Shown here piece by piece: positions 55,118 to 64,000 of a stretch of 64,000 nt of DNA. Source of the DNA: Lama guanicoe (Eukaryota); the NCBI GenBank assembly GCA_013239625.1, contig MU053881.1:5603957-5667956 (forward strand). The letters are read 5' to 3'. The notes under the pieces were generated by a model, which was not told where the DNA came from, did not search any database, and was given only the letters and a program-made list of their open reading frames with translations. Positions within the stretch are counted from its first letter, which is position 1, and the number at the start of each line of letters is the position of its first letter. A program made the translations under genes and the position numbers.

Positions 55118-56384
55118 ACAACTAAAAGAAAAAAAAAAAAAAAAAAAAGAAGCAAGAAAGCTCCCAAATAAACAATCTAACTCTCCTCTTAAGGAATTAG
55201 AAAAAGAAGAACAAATTGAGCCCAAAGTTAGCAGAAAGAAGGAAACAAAGATTAGGACAGAAATAAATGAAACAGAAACTAAAGAGACTAATAGAAAAGA
55301 TTAATGAAACCAAAACTTGTTTTTTTGAAAGATAAACAAAACCGACAAACTTTTAGTTAGTCTCACCAAGAAGAGAGAACTCAAATAAATAAAATCATAA
55401 ATGAAAGAGGAGACATTACAACTGACACTACAGAAATACAAAGGATCATTAGAGACTACTATGAACAATTATACACCAAAAAAATTATACAATCTAGAAG
55501 AAATGGATAAATTCCCCAAAACATGCAACCTAATAAGACTGAATCATGAAGAAATATAAAACCTCAACACAGATGGAGTCAGTCATCAAAAACCTCCCAA
55601 GAAACAAGTCCATGACCATACGGCTTCACTAGTGAATTCTAACAAACATTCAAAGGGAAATTAATGGCAATCCTCAAACTCCTACAAAAAATTGGAGAGG
55701 AGGGAACACTCCCAAACTCATTTTACAAGGCCAGCATCACCCTGACCAAAGCCAGTGAAGAATACTACCAGAAAAGCAAACTGCAGAGCAATATCCCAGA
55801 TAAATAAAATACTAGCAAACCGAATTCAGTAGCACATAAAGAGGTTTCTTCATCATATTCAAAAGAGATTTACACCTGGGGTATAAGGATGCTTCAACAT
55901 ATAACAAACCAATTAATGTGATACATCACAATAGAAAGAAAGGAAAAAAAGTCATATTATCATCTCTACAGATACAGAAAAAGCATTTGACAAAATTCAA
56001 CATCTGTTCATGATAAACACTCTTAACAAATTACATATAGAAGTAATGGACCTAAACATAATAAAGGCCATATAGGACAAGCCTACAGCTAATATACTTA
56101 ATGGTGAAAGGTTTTCCTCTAAGATTAGGAACAAGACAAGGGTGCCTACTCTCATCACTCCTATTCCACTGTGGAAAACAGCATGGAGGGTCCTCAAAAA
56201 AATAAACATAGAACTACCATATGGTCCAACAATTCCATTTCGGGAAATATATTCAAAGGGAACAAAAACACTAACTCAAAAAGGTATCTTCACCTCCATG
56301 TTTATAGCAGCATTATTTATAATAGCTAAGACATGGAAACCAACTAAATGTCTATTGATGGATGAATGGATAAAGAAGTTGTGG

Positions 56385-56402
56385 TGTGTATGTATGTATG
56401 TA

Positions 56403-56442
<40 letters not shown>
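56385..56442. repeat. Compound (TGTA)/(TG)/(TA) microsatellite
   Basis: Read directly from the sequence. Confidence 0.95.
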
Positions 56443-56444
<2 letters not shown>

Positions 56445-56939
56445 GAAATATTACTCAGCTGTAAAAAAAAAATGAGGAATCCTGCCATTTATGACAACAT
56501 GGATGGACCTTGACAGCATTATGCTAACTGAAATAAGTCAAAAATGACAGATTACCACATGATCTCACTTATACATTGAATCTAAAATCAGACAATCAAC
56601 CAAACTAAGATACAGAGAACAGACTGGTGGTTGCCAGAGGCAGGGGTTGGAGAATGCGCTAAATGGGTGAAGGTGGTTAAAAGGTACAAACTTTCAGTTA
56701 AGTTACGGGATATAAAGTACAGCACGGTGATTATAGTTAATAATACTGTATTGTATACTTCAGAGTTGCTAAAAGAGTAAATCTTAAAAGTTCTCATCAC
56801 AAGAAAAAAATCTGTAACTATGTGTGGCTTAACTAGGCTTACTGTGGTGATCATTTTGCAACATATACAAATACTGAATCATGTTATAGATCTGAAACTA
56901 ACATTTTATATGGAAATTATATCTCAATTGAAATAAAAA

Positions 56940-57346
56940 GATATGTTTAAGTCCTATCCCCTGTGTACCTGTGAATGTGAACTTATTCAGAAAAAAGGTC
57001 TTTATAGATACAATTAAAAATCCTCAGGTGAGATCACTGTGGATTAACCAGATGGGTCCTAAATCTAATGATAAGTAACCTTATAAGAAGAGTGGAAACA
57101 CAGAAGGCCATATACAGAGGGAGGCAGAGATTAGAGTTATGAAACTACAAATTAATCAATTCCTAGAACCATCAGAAACTAAAGAGGCAAAGAAGGATGC
57201 TTTCTTAGAGCCTTTAGAGGGAGTGTGGCCCTGTCCATACCTTGACTTTGAACTTCTGGCCTCCAGAACTGTGAGAAAACACATTTGTTGTTCTAAGCCA
57301 CGAAATTTGTGGTAATTTGTTACAGGAGCCCCAGGAAGCTAACACA
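56940..57346 (+). mobile_element. MLT1B/C-type MaLR LTR
   Basis: acctgtgaatgtgaacttatt...acttctggcctccagaactgtgaga...aggaagctaacaca. Confidence 0.8.
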
Positions 57347-58273
57347 ATAGAAGACCAACATCTTTAAGTGTGGCAAGAAAGACTGCTTAAGCCAGAATTC
57401 TAAATCCAGTTAAAATATCCTTCAAGAAGGATGAATAAAGGCATTTTTAGATAAAAGAAAAACCAAAAGAATTCACTGTCAGCAGGGAGGTACTGCAAAA
57501 AATGCTAAAGGGAGTCTTCGGACAGAGAGGAAATGACACCAGATGGAAAACTGGATATACAGGAAAGAATAAAGAGAATCACAAATGGTAAATAACTGGG
57601 TAAACATAAGAGACTATTTCTCTCCCTGACTTTTAAATAAATACATAATACCGTTTAAAGCAAAATGTACAACTTTGCTTTGGGAGGTTTATAATGTATG
57701 TAGATATAATACACAGGACATCTATGGCATAAAAGATGGGAAGGGATAAATGCATCCATACAGTTGCCAGGTCTCCATATTTTAGGTGAAGTGTTAAAAT
57801 ATTAATTCAAAGTAGACTGTGAGATGTGAAGGAGGTATACTGCAATCTTTGGAACCACTAACATAATAATGAATAGACATAGCTAAAAAGCCAATAGATC
57901 AGAGCTTGGGGCTAACTGGGTTGAGTGCAGTGGTTTAAGTGGGCTGTGGCAGAGGATGCTAAAGATTGTTCTAAGGAAAAGGAACAAATGGATTGGAAAT
58001 AAAACTGCTTGTAGCAAAGGAAATCAGGATGGACACTGTAGTAGACTGAATAGTGCTCCCCACCCCCACCAAAATATTTCTATCCAGAATCTCAGAATGT
58101 GACCTTATTTGGATTAAGGGTTTTTGTAGATGCAATTAAGTTAAAGATCTCGAAACAAGATCAAGAGACAAAGGGAAGGCCATGTGAAGACAGAGACAGA
58201 AATTGGAGTTATGCTGCCACAAGGAAAGGAACACCAGCAAGCACTGGAAACTGGAAGAGGCGAAAGAGGCAAG

Positions 58274-59652
58274 AGAATGAAGCTGGGCCTTTACCTTACA
58301 CCATCCACAAAAATGAACCCCAAATGGATCAAAGACCTAAATGTTAAGAGCTAAAAATATAAAACTCTTAGCAGGAAACAGGGGAAAAGCTTCATAACAT
58401 TGGATTTGGCAATATTTTCTTGGATATGAAACCAAAAGCAAGACAACAAAAGAAAAATAGCATAAAAAACTACAACTTTGATAGGACACTATCAACAGAG
58501 TGAAAATATTGGAGACAATATTAAAAATCATATATTTTATAAGAAATTGGTATCCAGAATATATAAAGAACTCCTACAACTCAGGAACAACAAAAAACGA
58601 CCGGGTTAAAAAATGGGTAAAGGATTTGAATAGATATTTCTCCGAAGAAGATATACAAACGGCCAATAAGCACATGAAAAGGTCCTCAACATCACTAATC
58701 GTAAGAGAAATACAAACAAAAATCATGAGATCCCACTTCACACTCATGAGGATGGCGATCATTAAAAGAATAAAACCACAGGAAATAACAGCTGTTGGTG
58801 AGGATGTGGAGAAATTGGAACCCTTGTACATTGCTTGTGGGAATGTAAAATGGTCCAGCTGCTACAGGAAAAAAGTATGGCAGTTCCTCAAACAATTAAA
58901 ATAAGATTATCAAGTGACCCAGCAGTTCCACTTCTGAGTATACACCCAAAAAACTGAAAGCAGGGACTTCAGGGATATTTGTATCCACATGTTCCTGGCA
59001 GCATTATTCACAACAGCCACAAGGTGGAAGCAACCCAAGTGTCCATCAATGGGAGAATGGATAAACAAAAACACAGCATACTTCCAGCGAGTTTGAAACT
59101 AAAGAGATCCTGGCCGGACGAGGCTGTCAGATCTAATTGTCCTCCCAGCTCTTCGACCCTACCCTGAAGCTCCTCAATAAAATGGTTTGATTCCCCCGCC
59201 CCCAAAAAACAGAAAACCCCATAAGTCCCCCAAAACCATGGCATATACATACAATAGAATATTATTTATTCCTGCCTTTTATTTTAAGTCCTGCCTTAAA
59301 AAGGAAGGACTTCTGACTCATGCTACAACGTGGATGAACCTTTAAGATACACTAAGTGAACAAGCTAATCTCAAAAGGACAAATAATGTATGATTCTACT
59401 TCATGAGGTACCTAGAGTAGCCAAATTCATGGAGATGGAAAGCAGAATGGTGGTTGCCAGGAGCTGGGGGAGGACTGCTGTGGAATTTCAGTTTGGAAAA
59501 AGTTTTAGTGATAGATGGTGGCGATAGTTGCACAACAAAGTGAATGCACTTAATACCACTGAATTGTACACTTAAAAATGGTTAAAATGATAATTTGATG
59601 TACATGTATCTTACCACAATTAAAAAAATGGATGAAAAAGAAAAAAAAAAAA
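58274..59652 (+). mobile_element. L1MB-type 3' ~1.2 kb with poly-A tail
   Basis: KKWVKDLNRYFSEEDIQTANKHMKRSSTSLIVREIQ; gaattgtacacttaaaaatggttaaaatg; A-tail. Confidence 0.88.
59081..59230 (+). pseudogene. Unidentified 5'-truncated processed-mRNA fragment (retrocopy)
   Basis: Non-L1 150 bp insert inside L1MB with AATAAA (59176), decayed A-tail and ~15 bp TSD. Confidence 0.6.
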
Positions 59653-59799
59653 GAGGAAAGGAATCTCCCTTCGAATCTTTGAAGGAACACGGTCCTGCCC
59701 ACACCTTGATTTCAGACTTCTGGCCTACAGAACTGAGAGAGGATAAATTTCTGTTGTTTCAAGCCACCAAGTTTGTGGCCGCCACAGGAGACTAACACG

Positions 59800-60296
59800 G
59801 ATACACTGAGGCTGCAGAAATGAAATGAGACAGAAACGGAAATGGAAGACTCAGAAGATCCGCAGATGCGATGCATCGTTGTGGAAAAGGGGTAGAGCAG
59901 GACTTGGCACAGCTCGCCTGGGCCTGGGAGCCATGCATGTTCCCTCAGAGGTATCAGCTCTGTGAGCCCTTGGACTCCCAGGCCGGCTGTGACGATGAAC
60001 GGCATGGGTATCCAGAGCCTCAGACCTCTCAGGGATGGAGGTTTGGGACATCCTTCAAGACAAGCCACCATGAACAGCACAAGCATTACGGTCAAGGGTG
60101 AGGGAGGAAATCTAGAACACAGAGAAAGGAAGATGACAAATTATTATTCATAGCTTAGGGACTAACTATAGCAGTGGAGGCTGCAGCTCATGCCTCTAAC
60201 GTTCCTCTTCTAAATTTTCTCCTAGTCTCGAAGAAGTTGTGATGAGGTGGATTTAATGTAAAATATAAGCAGATCTGAGCAGCGTGTGGGATGATC
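59800..60296 (+). mobile_element. ERVL internal 3' region
   Basis: ctcagacctctcagggatggaggtttggg...gggtgagggaggaaatctagaa; directly precedes the 3' LTR. Confidence 0.65.
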
Positions 60297-60708
60297 TGCA
60301 GCAGACACTGTTAGTGCTCCGGCCCGGATTCCTTTGACCTCCTCCCCTGGCTTCTGTGTGCTTTCCTTTGTAAAGGCCCACACCAGCCACTCACTTTGGA
60401 GGACAGCCCTCCGACTGGTGAAGCTTTGCCTGAAGCACGGAGCCAGGAGTGCCTGGGGGCTGACTGACTGATCTAGGGCTGGGAAAGCCCAGTTCCTTCC
60501 CCTCAAGTCAGGACGAACTCTGAGGACAAACTTACATTCTGGAGCACCCACAGGATCGGCCTGCAGCTCAAACTCCTCTCTCTCCTCCCGAGAGCACAAC
60601 TTCTCCCCACGCTCAATGGGTTTCTCCTGCGGGCACTTCTTAATAAAGCTCCTGCACAGTCAGTATCCTTGACTCAGGGTCTGCTTCTGGGGAACCCAGG
60701 CTGAGACA
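60297..60708 (+). mobile_element. LTR16-type 3' LTR
   Basis: TG...CA termini; ttaataaagc; ctcagggtctgcttctggggaaccc; homologous to 51172-51660. Confidence 0.78.
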
Positions 60709-62389
60709 GGGGAGTAAGTCTTGACTTGCTCAGTTATAATCTGGCACCTGTATCTCACAGGTGTGTCATGTCAAATGCTAGTATCTTCTCTCATGGGGCA
60801 CTTTGTGGGTTCCTGTTACTCTCAGATGAGAGAGACTCCTCTGGCTAGCCACCCCTAACCCCTCTCCTCTCGGTCTGGCGTCCTGTGGTGTACTGCCCTC
60901 TCAAGGCACACCTGTTCAGATCACCCTGACCCTCCAGACAGTCCTCTTGGTCAGCAACTATTTCAGGACAATCTTTTTGTGGAATCTATAGCTGGCCCCC
61001 CAACAAATTTTACATCTTTGCCCCTCAGAACTTTGGAAGTACAAGCCCTTCCCAAGACAAGTATTTCCCTTCTGTGGCCACAGGCGGCTCCCACTCAGCC
61101 TTTGGCCTATACACTCACTTTTTCAGACACAGATGAGGAACCAGTGTCCAAGTCTCCCAACTCCAGGGAACATGTATCAGTCTCTCTGAGTGGTCCCTGA
61201 AGGGCCCTTGACGTGCAATGGGGCAGCACTGGGAGGGAAAAATTCTCTAAATCTTCTCCCATCTCTGAGCAGTCTCCAAGCCTCTCCACCTTCAAAGTGG
61301 AGGACGGGCTGATTAGCTGGCAGAACTGGTTTTTTGACAACCTTCTTCACAGGCCTTCCAAACTTCATTTAGAACTGTGCATTAAAATGGCACCTATTGT
61401 ACCTTTGAGGCCACTGCTGAAACTCCAGACTGAAAGGTCCCACTTTGACATCCTGTTACCTACATCAGGCTCCTTGAGCATACCGTTTGCTCCCAGTTTA
61501 ATAATTCTGAGCCCCAGCTAGTAATAAGGCTCCTCTAGCAGAGAGAAAAGAGGCGGAAGGCAGGCATACAACACTCCCATTCAGGTGGGAGGGAACAGAA
61601 TAAGGTCACCAACAACGGACCCTACTTGAATACACAAGCAAAACTCCTTGGGATTCATGACTGAAACTTAGGTCATGAAAACTCTCTGTTCTTCCACAGA
61701 ACAGGGGGATAAAGAGTTCATCAGGAAATCCCTATATAACTTCATCCTTCTTTACCTGTTCTCTGCTGGTCTGTTTCCTCAGAACTTAGGATATTCCTTC
61801 GGATAAACTTCTTAATATTTTGTACCCTCAAAGCTGCTTAGAGCCTGCAGAAGAAGCTGGGGCAGGCTCTGGCACAAAAGTTCATATCAAAGTTGCAGAA
61901 TTCTGCACTGCCTGCACTCTGGCTGGCTCTCATCTTTGTACCTCATTTGCAGGTACCCACCTCCTCCTCCCCAGCCTGGGAGAGAAATGCAGGAGAGACC
62001 AATTGGCAAGCACAGAACTATGAGGGACCACAGTCTGCTCAGGGGAATGTGAGGAGCCAGACCACAAAGTCTGGGAAAGCAGTGAGAAATGAGGTTGGAA
62101 AGGTGTCCTGGAGTTAGACTGCTAACAGCCTTCAGTGCCAGGGTGGGTAGCCCACCATGCAGCTCATCAGAGAGTTGGAAGCGGGGCAAATAGAGGGGTT
62201 ATCTGAGGGTCATTTCAACTGGTATGTCTTCGGTTATTACTGAGGAACGATATTATTTCCAATTCTTTCACATCTAGGCCAAGGACTTCTTGGCAGACGT
62301 CCGGTATTGCTAGCCTTGTTCAAGATCACAGACTTTAGACTCTGGTACCTGGGGTACCAGGGCCCTTTCTGCAGTCACCACAGTGATCT

Positions 62390-63310
62390 AGAGTAGTCAT
62401 CTTTAACCCTTTTTGCTTGTGTAACCCCAAAAGAATTTTAAAACATTATGTAATTACTCATTTCTTAAACTGATATTTAAAATTTTCAGCAAAAATTTAA
62501 ATAGTTGAAAAGAATATAATTTTCAGGGTACTGACATTTAAAAATTGTACCATTTCTCTTCTCAATGAAATTTAAATAACAATTTTATATCATCATCCTT
62601 TAAAAATATACATGAATAAGCTCTTCTAATAGGAGGAAATTTTATATCACTTTTTTCCTCCCTGAACTCGTATTTCCATTCCATTTTCCCCAGAGATTTT
62701 TATCCTATTTTTATGCTTGAAAGTGTTTTATTGATCACCTTGTCATACTTCTTTTCTGCATGCTGTGTTATAATTTGTACTTTCTGCTATCATAGGCTTG
62801 AAATATTAGCAAAAAGATCTTTCTGGATTAAATTATCATTATAATTATCATTAAATGCAATTGGTCAAATAGTAAGTACGTTAACATGTTGATAAATAAT
62901 GATTAAACATAAACAGAATTTTATTAGAACGTCTTTTAAATCAACAATTAAAAAAAATAAGTTTGCATATCCACACATGAATATTATCTGTTCCTAGAAT
63001 GAGACAGGGTTCAGCATCAAATTTATTTTTAGGTCTTATTTTTATAGATGTTAGTACTAAGACGACTTATTAATACGAGAATGAACACTGTCTCAGCAAT
63101 GTTACGCAACTTTTTCGATTCTTTCCAAGTTATTATGTTAAATATTACACAGTGATCTGTCAGCAAAGTTATTTTAAATTATCATTAAAACTCGATTGAG
63201 TTCTCCTTCAGTTTTTTGAGAGCGAAGTATTAGAAACCACCTGACTAGTAAAATAATTTTTTTGTATAATCACTGGAGAAATTCACTTTCTTAATATCTG
63301 GGAAGCATAA
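62390..63310 (-). mobile_element. hAT-Charlie transposon remnant
   Basis: AT-rich block; the antisense of ~63000-63130 resembles a decayed hAT transposase C-terminus. Confidence 0.45.
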
Positions 63311-64000
63311 CAAAAAGTCTCTACCAAGATATACTAGATGAATATGAATTGCACCTGAGTAGCACAGCTCATCTACCAAAATTTCTTTGTGTTCCCCAAA
63401 CTCAGTCTCCCTTGCGGCTTCTTGGGGCCATGAGCTTAGGCACTGACCAATGACAAGGGAGCAGTTAACAGCTGGTAAGCTTCCCCTCTGCCCTAGCAAT
63501 ACAGGAGACCATGAATTCCAGATGGTGTAACTGTAAGACGGAAGACTAGCTGACTCCATTAGACCTTGCATGAACAAGATATGTATATAAAGCCACTAAG
63601 TTTCCAGGGTGTGGAAATTTAGTAATGCGTCAGCTTGACTCAGCTGAACTGCATTTCCCTCAATCCTGTTCCTCTACGTTTCTGATCAGGGTGAGCCACA
63701 AGACAGATGTGTGCGGGACTCTGGAGGGTAGACGTGAAACCGTAGTCATTCTGTAGCCTGTACACACGCCCACTGACCTGTCTGCTCACTTGCCTCTTTG
63801 GTGTGAAGAATGGCTGGATCTGCATTCAAGTTCCCATGTTCTCCTAGAGCCTCCTTCGGCTTCTCTAGTTCCTGGGCAGGTGTGTGCCTCCTCTGGGACC
63901 AAGGGCTCCAGCCTGTGGGACATCCATACCACCAAGGTCAGGGGCAATCAGAATGGACACAGGGTTCGTCTGTCCTCATGGACTGCAGTTTGGCTAATGG

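Larger units (their letters stand above)
53530..56940 (+). mobile_element. Deleted and interrupted L1 (ORF1 end, ORF2 pieces, 3' end)
   Basis: ORF1-like ccaaagagatccacagcgggacacattataat; ORF2 LKELEKEEQIEPKVSRKKE; internal jump at ~56166 to LWKTAWRVLKKINIELPY; 3'UTR to ~56940. Confidence 0.85.
58037..59799 (+). mobile_element. MLT1B-type LTR split by an L1 (halves 58037-58273 and 59653-59799)
   Basis: cagaatgtgaccttatttgg in the 5' half; cacaccttgatttcagacttctggcctacagaactg in the 3' half. Confidence 0.78.

Noticed and set aside
54888..55304. 138 aa ORF with poly-Lys
   Set aside because: It reads through poly-A tracts into an L1 ORF2 fragment and is not a gene.
58500..58904. L1 ORF2-like ORFs (also 25929, 27846, 50194, 56142)
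   Set aside because: Short decayed LINE fragments; there is no intact ORF1/ORF2 or active element in the window.
60780..62380. Possible additional ERV-like or coding remnants
   Set aside because: Too diverged to assign by eye; no consistent ORF or splice structure.

Overview
Mammalian genomic DNA, most likely camelid (alpaca/vicuna/camel), judged from four copies of a tRNA-Ala-derived SINE resembling the camelid Vic-1 family. Bases 1-45.1 kb carry the 3' portion of STK10 (LOK, a Ste20/GCK-V kinase) on the + strand. I traced 15 coding exons (exons 5-19, human numbering from memory) with phase-consistent junctions, 2384 coding nt in total. They run from the DFG motif to TAA at 42765-42767, followed by a ~2.4 kb 3'UTR with AATAAA at 45122. 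The promoter and exons 1-4 lie outside the window. The last ~19 kb is intergenic and mostly transposon-derived, including an ancient ERVL provirus filled with nested insertions. I found no evidence of a wholly new biological system, CRISPR array or non-mammalian insert. The most notable signals are: a GC-AG intron; a consensus in-frame donor inside exon 9; an exon 14 acceptor with no polypyrimidine tract; a candidate poison exon; an unidentified 150 bp retrocopy with TSDs; a rearranged L1; and a perfect CTCF core motif downstream of the gene. Repeat family names are from recognition by eye and their boundaries are approximate.
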